A stretch of DNA of 64,000 nt from Halarcobacter sp. (lineage in GTDB: Bacteria > Campylobacterota > Campylobacteria > Campylobacterales > Arcobacteraceae). The translations under genes were made by a program, and so were the position numbers. The DNA lies in contig OY781089.1 of the NCBI GenBank assembly GCA_963676565.1, positions 2,688,001 through 2,752,000 of the forward strand, written 5' to 3'. Within the stretch, counting starts at the first letter, position 1; every line of letters starts with the position of its first letter. The notes under the pieces were generated by a model. The model ran no database searches, was not told where the DNA came from, and saw only the letters and a program-made list of their open reading frames with translations. Shown here in pieces: positions 1-9,499 of the stretch.

Positions 1-550
1 ACCACATAAATGAAAACATTAAACCTGGAGTTTTAGCTTTTGTTTCATCAAACATAAACTCTTTATAATCATCAACTGGAAGATACATTAATTCTATTTG
101 TTCATCATTTATACCTCCACCATCATGCTCTTTCATTGAATCATCAACTTGTGCAAAAAAAAGTGTTTGGCAACCACCACTTACACCAACATTTGTGTAA
201 AAAGAACTTATCTTCTCAATTTTTTCTAAAGGGACGTTATATCCACACTCTTCATCAATCTCTTCTTGAGCAATTTCAAGTAAAGATTTATCTTTATCAA
301 CAATCCCTGCACATAATTCATAGGTGCATAATTTTGATTTATCATTCAAATAAACAGGTGGTCTAAACTGTTTAACTAATATAAATGCATTTTTTTCACT
401 ATGGTATAAAAGAATTGCAACTGAATCAAAACTTTTTACAGCTTCCCAATTTTTCTCAATACCATTTTGAATATAAGAGATTTTCACCGGATGGACAAAT
501 TTAGTATCCACTAAATCACTGGTTTTAAACTTTTCAATTTTGTTATTCAT
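1..550 (-). CDS. NUDIX hydrolase (nucleoside-diphosphate-sugar/ADP-ribose pyrophosphatase type), 3' end runs off the window
   Basis: Not in the ORF track. Manual translation from the ATG at 550 gives MNNKIEKF...LVKQFRPPV...YELCAGIVDKDKSLLEIAQEEIDEECGY, a Nudix box. Confidence 0.85.
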   Translation of the reverse strand, partial: MNNKIEKFKTSDLVDTKFVHPVKISYIQNGIEKNWEAVKSFDSVAILLYHSEKNAFILVKQFRPPVYLNDKSKLCTYELCAGIVDKDKSLLEIAQEEIDEECGYNVPLEKIEKISSFYTNVGVSGGCQTLFFAQVDDSMKEHDGGGINDEQIELMYLPVDDYKEFMFDETKAKTPGLMFSFMW

Positions 551-639
551 ATTTAGCCTTTGCAATATTTTATTGATTTTTCAATAAAATAAGTTTAAAT
601 CAAATATTGTAATTCTATAAATAAGAAAAGGTTGTAATA

Positions 640-1245
640 ATGAAACTTAAATATACAGGTCCCAAAGAGTTAATCTCTCCACACGGAGTTAGTTTTAAAA
701 GAGGTAAAGATGATAAATATGTATATATTCATCCTGCAATTCAAATATATAATGCAATTCATCATGACTATGAAAAAGATAAAATCTATACTTTAAATAT
801 AGAAGGAAAAAGATTAAGCGATGAAGATTTAACAGAAAAAATACTTCTTTTAAGACCTGAATTTAAAAAATATTTTGAAGAACAAGTAGATGAAATAAAA
901 GACTATTTGGATGAAGAGATAGATTCTATAAGTGGATTAAATGAGTTTTCAGAAGAAGAGAAAAAAATTTATAAGAGCAATCTTATTATTATGAAAAACT
1001 ATCGTATCCAAAGAGCTTTTAATAAAGCTGTTTATACTAAACTAATAGAAACAATAGTTGATGATATATTTATCCATAAATTAAAAGAGATAAATGCACC
1101 TTTTAATGAAAGGTTTTGGCATATTTTCCAAACAATTCAAGGGGAACTATCTAACCACAATCATAGATCAATTGGTTCAAAACTAGATATTCTTCATGAT
1201 AACGATTATCTAAGTATCTCTTTAAAAATAAACTCTATAGGGTAA
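640..1245 (+). CDS. hypothetical protein
   Basis: 201-aa ORF with AAAGG RBS; no motif recognised. Confidence 0.7.
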   Translation: MKLKYTGPKELISPHGVSFKRGKDDKYVYIHPAIQIYNAIHHDYEKDKIYTLNIEGKRLSDEDLTEKILLLRPEFKKYFEEQVDEIKDYLDEEIDSISGLNEFSEEEKKIYKSNLIIMKNYRIQRAFNKAVYTKLIETIVDDIFIHKLKEINAPFNERFWHIFQTIQGELSNHNHRSIGSKLDILHDNDYLSISLKINSIG

Positions 1246-2407
1246 TAAGAAGTTTACTAAAGTCGATTTTGAAGGTAGAGCCTTCATCGATTTTTGATTC
1301 TAAGCTTAGTTTTAAATTATAGTCTTTACAAATTCTTTTTACTATATCAAGTCCTATTCCAAAACCACCTTCATGATTAACTCCCCTTTTGTATCGTTTG
1401 AAAATCTCTTCTTGATCTTTTTTAGATATCCCTATTCCAAAATCTTGTACACTTAAAACAGCATCTTTTAGACTTACATTTACAATTGAGTTTGCATTAC
1501 TGTATTTAATAGAGTTTGAAATTAAATTATTCACTATCTTTTGAGCCTTTGTTTTATCCATTTTAACTAAACATCTATCAACATCTGAATTTATCTTAAT
1601 ATTTTTAGTTATTGAAATATCATTGAAATACTCCACACTATCATTAACTAAACTTGCTAAATTGAAGTTTTGGATATGACTATCATCCATATTTGAAAAG
1701 GCTGAGAAGTGAATATCATTGTAAATTTGGGAAATTTGTTTAGAGCTACTTAAAATATATCTCAACATCTTTTCACTATTTTTACCTTTTTTTAACATAC
1801 TAACTGATGTCATAAGAACTGAAATTGGGGTATTTAATTCATGGGCAGAATCTTTAATAAAATTATCCAATTGAACAACTTTTTCCCTAACAGGTTTAAG
1901 TAATATTCTTGCAAGAAAAAATGCAATAAATGCCACAAATATAGCACTTAGAAAAAATGCAATAACAATATAAATTTTCAAATTCTCTTTGCTTTTTACC
2001 CCTTGGGTTGTTTGTGTAATAATATATTTTATTGGGATATCTTTTTCATTTAAGCTCTCCATATAAAAATGGTATTTATCTTTTCCATAAAAATCTTCAT
2101 TAAACTCTACTAGTTTTTCCTCTTGTAAATATGAATAAATTGGATTTTTTTCTTTATCAAAGATTGCATAATTTATACTTTCTTCTTTTAATTTTTTTGG
2201 TACAAAATCTTTGTGGTGCATATGAGCATTTAAAATATCATTTTTGATTTGCATAGAGGCATTTTTAAGTTCCATTGTACAAGTATCTTCAAGTGATTCC
2301 ACTTCATTTTTATAATAAACAGATAATAAAATACCTATTAATAAAAGTGCAGATCCGACATAAATAGTAAGAAAACTTAATAATGCTTTTTTTTCATTGT
2401 TATTCAA
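1235..2407 (-). CDS. two-component sensor histidine kinase
   Basis: 2 TM segments, H-box DSAHELNTP, N-box NLISNSIKY, G-boxes DFGIGI and GFGIGL. Confidence 0.95.
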   Translation of the reverse strand: MNNNEKKALLSFLTIYVGSALLLIGILLSVYYKNEVESLEDTCTMELKNASMQIKNDILNAHMHHKDFVPKKLKEESINYAIFDKEKNPIYSYLQEEKLVEFNEDFYGKDKYHFYMESLNEKDIPIKYIITQTTQGVKSKENLKIYIVIAFFLSAIFVAFIAFFLARILLKPVREKVVQLDNFIKDSAHELNTPISVLMTSVSMLKKGKNSEKMLRYILSSSKQISQIYNDIHFSAFSNMDDSHIQNFNLASLVNDSVEYFNDISITKNIKINSDVDRCLVKMDKTKAQKIVNNLISNSIKYSNANSIVNVSLKDAVLSVQDFGIGISKKDQEEIFKRYKRGVNHEGGFGIGLDIVKRICKDYNLKLSLESKIDEGSTFKIDFSKLLITL

Positions 2408-3059
2408 ATTTGTACCCTATTCCTCTTATTGTTTGAATTCTTTCTTTTCCAAGAATCTCTCTTAAATTTTTAATATAAACTCTTATAGTTGCATCTGTTG
2501 GCATCTCATCATAAGCCCAGATATTTTGTAATAATTCATCAGATGAGATAACTCTATTTTTGTGATTAAAAAAATATTTTAGGATATCCCTTTCTTTTAA
2601 AGCAATTTTCTTTGTTTTATCTTTTATTTTTATCTCACAAGTATTAGGGAAAAAAGTTATATCTTCAGAGATTTTAAATTCATTATTCTGCTCAATCATA
2701 AAATTTTTACAAAGTTTCATTATTCTTTGGTCCAATTCTTCTAAATCAAAAGGCTTTTTAATATAATCATCAACCCCATTTTCAAAAGACTCTTTTAGAT
2801 GCTTTATATCTTGATAGGCAGTTAATATTATAATAGGAGTATTATTATTGTAGTCTTCTCTAAGGATTTTTAAAACCTCTAATCCACTCATTATTGGTGT
2901 ATTTATATCTAATAAAGCTAAATCATATACATCATCAAGTAAATTTTCTAAAGCTTCTTGTCCATTTGTGCACAAGGTCACTTCAAAATCTTTATCACAT
3001 AGATGTTCATTTAATAAATCATTTAATGCAAAATCATCTTCCAATAGTAGTATTTTCAA
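2400..3059 (-). CDS. OmpR-family response regulator
   Basis: Receiver LLLEDD...LLDINTP...KPF; winged helix ending IQTIRGIGYKF; TTG start; overlaps the kinase. Confidence 0.95.
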   Translation of the reverse strand: MKILLLEDDFALNDLLNEHLCDKDFEVTLCTNGQEALENLLDDVYDLALLDINTPIMSGLEVLKILREDYNNNTPIIILTAYQDIKHLKESFENGVDDYIKKPFDLEELDQRIMKLCKNFMIEQNNEFKISEDITFFPNTCEIKIKDKTKKIALKERDILKYFFNHKNRVISSDELLQNIWAYDEMPTDATIRVYIKNLREILGKERIQTIRGIGYKFE

Positions 3060-3123
3060 AACTTATCCTTATTAAAAATACTACGATTATACTCTAGTTT
3101 TGTTTATTGAGTGTGTATTGAAT

Positions 3124-3624
3124 TTACTTGAAGTTATCAAAAACTAGTGGTGATTTGAACTCTAAAGATTTAAGATGTTTCATAATAGTTTGTAAATCAT
3201 CAATATTTTTACCTGTAACTCTTATCTCATCACCTTGATTTACAGCTTTTACTTTTAGTTTTAAATTTTTTATCTCTACTTGGATTTTTTTTGCTTCATC
3301 TTGTTTGATTGAATCAATTATTGCATATGAATATTTTCTATTTCCCCCTGAACTATCCTCTTTTTTTGCTTCATCCAAAGAGTTGATTGAAAGTCCTCTT
3401 TTATTCATTTTAGAGATTAATATATCATATATTGCATCTACTTTGTTATCACTTGAAGAGATAATTGTTAATGTTTTTGCTCCTTGATTAAAATCAATCT
3501 CAGCTTTTAAACCTTTAAAATCATATCTATTATCAACCTCTTTTTGTGCTTGAATTACTGCATTTTTCATCTCTTGCATATCAAGTTTTGCTGAAATATC
3601 AAAACTGTGTTCTTTTGCTGCCAT
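3124..3624 (-). CDS. yajQ: YajQ family nucleotide/c-di-GMP-binding protein
   Basis: SFDISAKLD...NRYDFKG...QGDEIRVTGKNIDDLQ. Confidence 0.95.
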   Translation of the reverse strand: MAAKEHSFDISAKLDMQEMKNAVIQAQKEVDNRYDFKGLKAEIDFNQGAKTLTIISSSDNKVDAIYDILISKMNKRGLSINSLDEAKKEDSSGGNRKYSYAIIDSIKQDEAKKIQVEIKNLKLKVKAVNQGDEIRVTGKNIDDLQTIMKHLKSLEFKSPLVFDNFK

Positions 3625-3674
3625 TAATGCTCCTTAATTTTTTTTATTATAGAAGATTTATTATACAAGAATAA

Positions 3675-4460
3675 TTAAATCCATTTTAAAATTTTAAAAA
3701 GTTTTGTTTGAATTACCATAAATAACAATGAAGCACAAAAAGCTAATAAAGTACCATATAAAATACCTATTTTTGAATAAGTCATATAAACAACTAAAGA
3801 GTATATAGCTACTGAGCTCAATCCAAATGGTGTATTTTTTATGATAGTTCTAGCTTGTAAATTGCTATGCCTAAAATGTATTATCAACAATAAAGGTAAT
3901 AAAATAGTAGGGAAAGCAGAAAAAATACCTGCAATATTTGCTGGAACTATTTTTGGTAGACTTGAAACTATTAAAAATATAATAATAGTTAAAAAAGATC
4001 TAAATAACAGATCACTAATTGTTATTTTATCCCTTTTTACTGTTGGGAAATTCTCTTTTTTTGCAAAATAAATTGAAGCAATATACATCAATGCTATCAC
4101 TACTAAAGGAGTAAAGATTATATGTGGAGGTATAAAAGATATAACTAATGCAATAAACATATATGCAATAAAAGAGATAAATAGACTTAAAAATATCTCA
4201 AATTTTCCCTTATAAAAAGTACTAATGTAGTAACCAATGCAAAATGACAAGGCAGCAAAAAGCCCATGAATATTGTACAATGCAACATGCGTTACATAAT
4301 CAACACCATTTTCAATAGCAAAAAAAAGTAGAGTAATAGAGCTTCCTATAGGAAGTCCAGATAATATACCTGAAATCTTTGGACTTAACTTTTCGGCTAT
4401 GAAACTTAGTGCTAAAACTAAAGCCACAACTGAGATTGACTTTATAATTAAAAGTTCCAT
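3675..4460 (-). CDS. polytopic membrane protein of unknown function (two repeated halves)
   Basis: Hydrophobic; SGILSGLP and AGIFSAFP motifs. Confidence 0.75.
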   Translation of the reverse strand: MELLIIKSISVVALVLALSFIAEKLSPKISGILSGLPIGSSITLLFFAIENGVDYVTHVALYNIHGLFAALSFCIGYYISTFYKGKFEIFLSLFISFIAYMFIALVISFIPPHIIFTPLVVIALMYIASIYFAKKENFPTVKRDKITISDLLFRSFLTIIIFLIVSSLPKIVPANIAGIFSAFPTILLPLLLIIHFRHSNLQARTIIKNTPFGLSSVAIYSLVVYMTYSKIGILYGTLLAFCASLLFMVIQTKLFKILKWI

Positions 4461-4495
4461 TAGGTTTTCCTAAAAAATATATAAATTAAAGATAT

Positions 4496-4518
4496 TAGGA
4501 AGTGTTAAACACTTCCTA
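4496..4518 (-). terminator. hairpin after uraA
   Basis: TAGGAAGTGT-TAA-ACACTTCCTA, 10-bp inverted repeat. Confidence 0.6.
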
Positions 4519-4520
4519 TA

Positions 4521-5777
4521 TTAAAGAATATGGTCTTCTTTTCGTGGTTGTGGTAAGATAAGATTTAAGATAATTCCTGTAATTGCTCCAAGACCAATTC
4601 CAGAGAATGGAACTCCACCAAAATTAAAAGTCATTCCACCAATTGAGAATACTAAAATCATAGAAACAATAATTAGATTTCTTGGACAATTAAAATCTAC
4701 ATTTGCTCTAGTTAAAGTTGAGATACCAACTGAAGCAATAATTCCAAATAAAAGTAACATAATCCCACCCATAACTGGCACTGGTATCGTTGCTAACAAT
4801 CCACCTAATTTACCAACAAAAGCTAAAACAATTGCCATAATTGCTGCCCATGTCATAATTGCAGGATTAAATGCTTTAGTAACTGTTACAGCACCTGTTA
4901 CTTCTGAATAAGTTGTATTTGGTGGTCCACCAAATAATGATGCTACTGATGTAGCAAGTCCATCACCTAAAAGGGTATTCTTTAAACCTGGTTTTTTAAG
5001 ATAATCCTCTTTTGTAACGTTTGAAATAGCAAGCATATCTCCAATATGTTCAATTGCAGGAGCGATTGCAATAGGAAGAATAAATAAAATCGCTTGCCAA
5101 TTAAACTCAGGAGCAGTAAAACTTGGCATTGCAAACCATGCAGCATCAGAAACTGGTTGGAAGTTTACTAAGCCAAGAGATAAAGCAACGATATAACCAA
5201 CAATTATTCCACCTAAAATTGGAACTAATCTAAAAATTCCTTTTCCTAACAATGAGATTAACATTGTTGTAAATAATGCAACCATAGATACAATAATTGC
5301 TTTTTCAAATGGTACTAATACAATTGCGCCATCACCAGTTTTTCCCATAGCCATATTAACAGCAACAGGAGAAAGTATTAAACCAATTGAGATAATAACA
5401 GGACCTACTACAATTGCAGGTAAAAGTTTATGAATAAAACCATCACCTTTAGCTCTAATTATAAAACTAAGAACAACATAAAGTAAACCTGCTGCGACAA
5501 GTCCAGACATAGTTGCTGCAATACCCCAAGTTTTAACACCATGTGAAATTGGTGCAATAAAAGCAAATGATGATGCTAAAAAAATTGGAGGAACATTTTC
5601 TTTGTTAACAAGTTGAAAAACTAAAGTACCAATACCAGCGGTAAATAGTGCAACATTTGGGTCAAGTCCAGTTAAAATTGGTACTAAAACTAAAGCACCA
5701 AAAGCAACAAATAAGAACTGTAGACCAAGAATAGAGTCTTTGACCCTAAAATTGTAATCTGTGGGTTTCATATACAT
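4521..5777 (-). CDS. uraA: uracil-xanthine permease (NCS2/NAT)
   Basis: LASSFAF, IEHIGD, GGPPNTTYSE motifs; divergent from upp. Confidence 0.92.
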   Translation of the reverse strand: MYMKPTDYNFRVKDSILGLQFLFVAFGALVLVPILTGLDPNVALFTAGIGTLVFQLVNKENVPPIFLASSFAFIAPISHGVKTWGIAATMSGLVAAGLLYVVLSFIIRAKGDGFIHKLLPAIVVGPVIISIGLILSPVAVNMAMGKTGDGAIVLVPFEKAIIVSMVALFTTMLISLLGKGIFRLVPILGGIIVGYIVALSLGLVNFQPVSDAAWFAMPSFTAPEFNWQAILFILPIAIAPAIEHIGDMLAISNVTKEDYLKKPGLKNTLLGDGLATSVASLFGGPPNTTYSEVTGAVTVTKAFNPAIMTWAAIMAIVLAFVGKLGGLLATIPVPVMGGIMLLLFGIIASVGISTLTRANVDFNCPRNLIIVSMILVFSIGGMTFNFGGVPFSGIGLGAITGIILNLILPQPRKEDHIL

Positions 5778-5925
5778 CCTCTTTTAAGTATAAATTTAGA
5801 TATTTTATCTAAGTTTATATTAATCATCTGTAAATTAATGTGTAATTTATAAGCAATTTTTAGATAAGATTAATTAAAATAAACAAACTACGGTTTATAA
5901 AACCCCCTAAAAAAAGGCTATTATA

Positions 5926-6549
5926 ATGTATAAAGAGAGTACAAATGTTGTTGTAAAACATTTAGTAAACAGACTAAGAGATGTACGAACTAACTCAAAT
6001 GAATTTAGACTTACTATTGAAGAGATTTCAAGAATTATTGCATCTGAAGCATTAAGTGAATTTCCAACAATTACTACAAATATTCAAACTTGGCAAGGAC
6101 CACTTGATGTTGAAGTTATAGAGGTTCAAAAATTAGTTTTAGTACCAATTTTAAGAGCTGGTGAACCAATGTTAACAGGTATTTTAAGAACTTTACCATA
6201 TGCAAAAAGTGGATTTTTAGCTATGAAAAGAGATGAGCAGACTGCTCAAAGTAAACTTTTTTATGAAAATATCCCACCTTTAAAAGATAAAACTGTACTT
6301 TTACTTGACCCAATGATTGCAACAGGTGGATCTTTAATTGATGGAATAGATTATTTAAAAGAAAAAGGTGCTAAAAAAATCATCTCATTAAATATTTTAG
6401 GTGCTCCTGAAGGGATAGAAGCAGTTCAAAGTGCACATCCAGATGTTGATATTTATATTGCACAAATTGATGAAAGACTTGATGAAAATAAATATATTAG
6501 ACCAGGTCTTGGAGATGCTGGAGATAGAGCATTTAACACTAACGCTTAA
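5926..6549 (+). CDS. upp: uracil phosphoribosyltransferase
   Basis: VPILRAG, LLDPMIATGGS, YIRPGLGDAGDR. Confidence 0.97.
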   Translation: MYKESTNVVVKHLVNRLRDVRTNSNEFRLTIEEISRIIASEALSEFPTITTNIQTWQGPLDVEVIEVQKLVLVPILRAGEPMLTGILRTLPYAKSGFLAMKRDEQTAQSKLFYENIPPLKDKTVLLLDPMIATGGSLIDGIDYLKEKGAKKIISLNILGAPEGIEAVQSAHPDVDIYIAQIDERLDENKYIRPGLGDAGDRAFNTNA

Positions 6550-7325
6550 CTGTTACCATACTCATACGCTAAAGGGTTTGGATATTTATATCTAAATCCT
6601 TCTCTTTCAATTTTACTTCCATCTATTAATCTTTGTTTATATTCTTTTTTATTTTTAAAAATAGGTTTATCAAATCCAAATCTTGAAGCATTTTTAAAAT
6701 ATATCTCTTTTCTAGTTGGATGTTTACTGCTACAAAGATTATATATTCCTTCTAAATCATTAAGAAGCGCAAATTTAGTTGCTCCTATAACATCATCTAA
6801 GTGAACATAATTTATCTTTACATCCTCACTATCAAGTTCTTTTCCTGCAAAATATTTTCCAGAAATTCTATTTGCTCCCATAAGTCCAGCACATCTAAAG
6901 ATAAGATGGGTTTTGTCTTTAATTAATTTTTCTATATCATAAATCTTTTGTGATTTAGCATTTATAAATACTTCATCTTCACTAAAAGTTTTTTCTTCAT
7001 CTGGATAGATTGAAGTTGAGCTGATAAATATGATTTTCTCTATCTTTTCTATACTTTTGTGGGAATAAATTTTTTCTAAAAAAGCTTTAAAATCTTGGAA
7101 TTTTGAAGGGGGAAAGTTTATAAAAAGATAGTTTGTATTTAAAAGATTGTCTAATCCTTCATAAGAAGTTTCATTTAAAACAAATGCCTTTAAGCCCTCA
7201 TTTTCAAAAGCCTCTTTTTTCTCTTCTATTCGAACAGAAACCTTAACCTCATAGTTTTCTTTTAAACTAAGGGCTAAAGGATGACCTAGCCACCCTGTCC
7301 CTAAAATTGAAACTGTTTTTTTCAT
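6546..7325 (-). CDS. NAD(P)-dependent epimerase/dehydratase-like protein (YeeZ-like)
   Basis: ILGTGWLG Rossmann motif, FISSTSIY. Confidence 0.8.
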   Translation of the reverse strand: MKKTVSILGTGWLGHPLALSLKENYEVKVSVRIEEKKEAFENEGLKAFVLNETSYEGLDNLLNTNYLFINFPPSKFQDFKAFLEKIYSHKSIEKIEKIIFISSTSIYPDEEKTFSEDEVFINAKSQKIYDIEKLIKDKTHLIFRCAGLMGANRISGKYFAGKELDSEDVKINYVHLDDVIGATKFALLNDLEGIYNLCSSKHPTRKEIYFKNASRFGFDKPIFKNKKEYKQRLIDGSKIEREGFRYKYPNPLAYEYGNS

Positions 7326-7327
7326 TA

Positions 7328-8128
7328 TTACTCTTTTTTCTTTAGCTCTTGAACCTCTTGCCTTAATGTTTTAATCTCATCAAGTAAAATATCCAATTTT
7401 TTACTATCTTCATGCATCTCATCATGAAAATCGGATTCTTGTATTTTTTGCATCTCTCCAATAATAACAGCAACAAATAGATTAAAAAATACAAATGCTG
7501 CAATAATTACAAAAGATACAAAATAAGTCCATGCCCACGGATATACTTCCATGGCTTCATACATCACATCAGTCCAATCTTCAAAGGTTAAAACTCTAAA
7601 TAAAGTTAACATTGAAACTAAAAAATCTTTCCATAGTCCAGATGGTAAATCATGGAAATAGAAGTTTCCAACAATTGCATAGATATAAAAAATTATAAAC
7701 ATTAAAATTACAATATCAATAATTGAAGGGATTGCTTTAATAAGCATATCAATAATTGCTTTTAATTCTGGTCTTGCTGTAAACAATCTTAAAACTCTAA
7801 ATACTCTTAACATCCTTGCAATTGCTGCAAATCCAGATTGTTCTAATGGTAAAAGGGTAATTACCACAATTACAAAATCAAAAACATTCCATCCAGATTT
7901 AAAAAAATTAATAAACTTTCTTTCAGCAACCATTTTTATAGCTATCTCAAAAACAAAATAAATAGTTACAAAAACATCTGCAAACTGTAAAAACATTGCA
8001 TAATGTGTTTCAACCTCTCCTATTGTTTTAAATCCTAATACAGAGGCATATGCTAAAATGATAAAAGTTGTAAGATTAGAGAACCATCTAGAGTCCCTAA
8101 TCTCTTGAATTTTTTCCATTGTAGTCAT
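7328..8128 (-). CDS. 6TM voltage-gated cation channel (BacNav-like ion transporter)
   Basis: S3 WNVFDF, S4 RMLRVFRVLR, pore TLFRVLTFEDWTD, S6 FNLFVAVII, C-terminal coiled coil. Confidence 0.93.
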   Translation of the reverse strand: MTTMEKIQEIRDSRWFSNLTTFIILAYASVLGFKTIGEVETHYAMFLQFADVFVTIYFVFEIAIKMVAERKFINFFKSGWNVFDFVIVVITLLPLEQSGFAAIARMLRVFRVLRLFTARPELKAIIDMLIKAIPSIIDIVILMFIIFYIYAIVGNFYFHDLPSGLWKDFLVSMLTLFRVLTFEDWTDVMYEAMEVYPWAWTYFVSFVIIAAFVFFNLFVAVIIGEMQKIQESDFHDEMHEDSKKLDILLDEIKTLRQEVQELKKKE

Positions 8129-8133
8129 TTAAT

Positions 8134-8520
8134 TTAATCCTTTAAAATAGAAATTGCTAATAAAACCCAACCAATAATTTGTATTGTTCCACCTAATGGT
8201 GTAATAGCACCTAAATAAGGAGCATCTAAAATTACTAGAAGGTATAATGAAAAAGAAAAAATAATTGTACCAATAAAAATTAGCCAAGATGCTATAACTG
8301 CTTTTTTAGAATTTTCTTTTAAAAACATCACAAAAGATGCAGCAAAAAGTCCAAGTGTATTATAAAAATGGTACTCAACACCTGTATGGTAAGTTATTAG
8401 AAGTTTTGGTTCAACAATTGATTTTAAACCATGAGCCCCAAAAGCACCTATAGCGATGGCAAGTGCCATCATAAATGAAGCTATTGTTAAAAACCGTTTT
8501 ACATTTTTATTGATAATCAT
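8134..8520 (-). CDS. DUF423 (YgdD/TMEM256) membrane protein
   Basis: GAFGAHGL, GAITPLGG. Confidence 0.92.
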   Translation of the reverse strand: MIINKNVKRFLTIASFMMALAIAIGAFGAHGLKSIVEPKLLITYHTGVEYHFYNTLGLFAASFVMFLKENSKKAVIASWLIFIGTIIFSFSLYLLVILDAPYLGAITPLGGTIQIIGWVLLAISILKD

Positions 8521-8599
8521 ATTATTTCCCTAAATTTTTTTGGGAAGATTATCAAATATTACTTAAATAAATACTTTATTTATAAATTAAGCTATTAAA

Positions 8600-8863
8600 T
8601 TATTCTTTATCTTTTTTTGCAGAGAAACCTGCACCTTTTTTTTCTTTTTTTGTAAGTTCTAAATTATTGATTAATTCTTTATAATCAATCCCCTCTTGAT
8701 TCATTTTAGCAAAACATGCAGCACAAGCAGCAATTGCATTTGGAACCTCTTTTTTCTTTTTATATGATTGAATATTTTTTTCACTAACTTTGATTAAAGC
8801 TGTAAATTTAGGTATTGTAAGTTCTGCATCAAGTAGTAGTTTCTTAAAATCGATAAAAGTCAT
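8600..8863 (-). CDS. small putative XRE-like HTH protein (start moved to MTFIDFKK)
   Basis: Pattern FKKLL...LTIPKF..LIKVSEKNIQSYKK resembles an HTH; GGA upstream of the ATG at 8863. Confidence 0.55.
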   Translation of the reverse strand: MTFIDFKKLLLDAELTIPKFTALIKVSEKNIQSYKKKKEVPNAIAACAACFAKMNQEGIDYKELINNLELTKKEKKGAGFSAKKDKE

Positions 8864-8963
8864 TTTATATTTTCCATTCTCTAAATTTGAAATATTATAC
8901 AACAAATATCTTGATTTTTTTCTAATTTTTCAATTGAATATATATTTTATATATAATTTATAG

Positions 8964-8993
8964 AAAAAGATTGGAATTTAATCCAATCTTTTT
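8964..8993 (-). terminator. intrinsic terminator
   Basis: AAAAAGATTGGA-6nt-TCCAATCTTTTT. Confidence 0.8.
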
Positions 8994-9442
8994 TAGTTTA
9001 CATCTATTTCCCAGAAGAATTCAATCCAAGAATTAGCTTCCTTTACAGCGAAGTCTGGTTGTAGTACAGCAGTTTTTTTATAGAAGATTGTTGCAAGTTT
9101 AAATTCAACAGTTGGAAATTTTTCCCTTAATATTCTAAGAATCTCTTCCATAGTCTCACCTGAATCAACTATATCGTCTATTAATAAAACTCTTTTTGCA
9201 TGAGAAACATCTGGAATATTAAAAATATTAAAGGTATCAAGTTTTATTTCACCCTCATAATGAATAGAATTAAGTGTATAAAGATTTCTCATATCCATCG
9301 CCTCTGACATTAAGTGTCCTAGTGTTAAACCACCTCTAGCAATTGCTAATAAAATATCTGGTTCAAACTCTTCACATTTTTTTACAAGAAGTTTTGTATC
9401 TTTAACACACTCTTCATAACTATAATAATATTTTTCAGCCAA
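8993..9442 (-). CDS. purine (xanthine/guanine-type) phosphoribosyltransferase
   Basis: AIARGG, VLLIDDIVDSGET, WIEFFWE. Confidence 0.85.
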   Translation of the reverse strand: MAEKYYYSYEECVKDTKLLVKKCEEFEPDILLAIARGGLTLGHLMSEAMDMRNLYTLNSIHYEGEIKLDTFNIFNIPDVSHAKRVLLIDDIVDSGETMEEILRILREKFPTVEFKLATIFYKKTAVLQPDFAVKEANSWIEFFWEIDVN

Positions 9443-9499
9443 TTTTATCCTTTAAAATGGAGGACAAACAAGTTGTCCTTTATTTTTATTTTTTAAATT

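Noticed and set aside
136..366. 76-aa plus-strand ORF and the other short antisense or overlapping ORFs in the track (e.g. 2894, 3841, 19050, 29767, 43064, 43805, 53823, 59270, 62146)
   Set aside because: They are shadows of well-supported genes in another frame or strand and have no recognisable motifs
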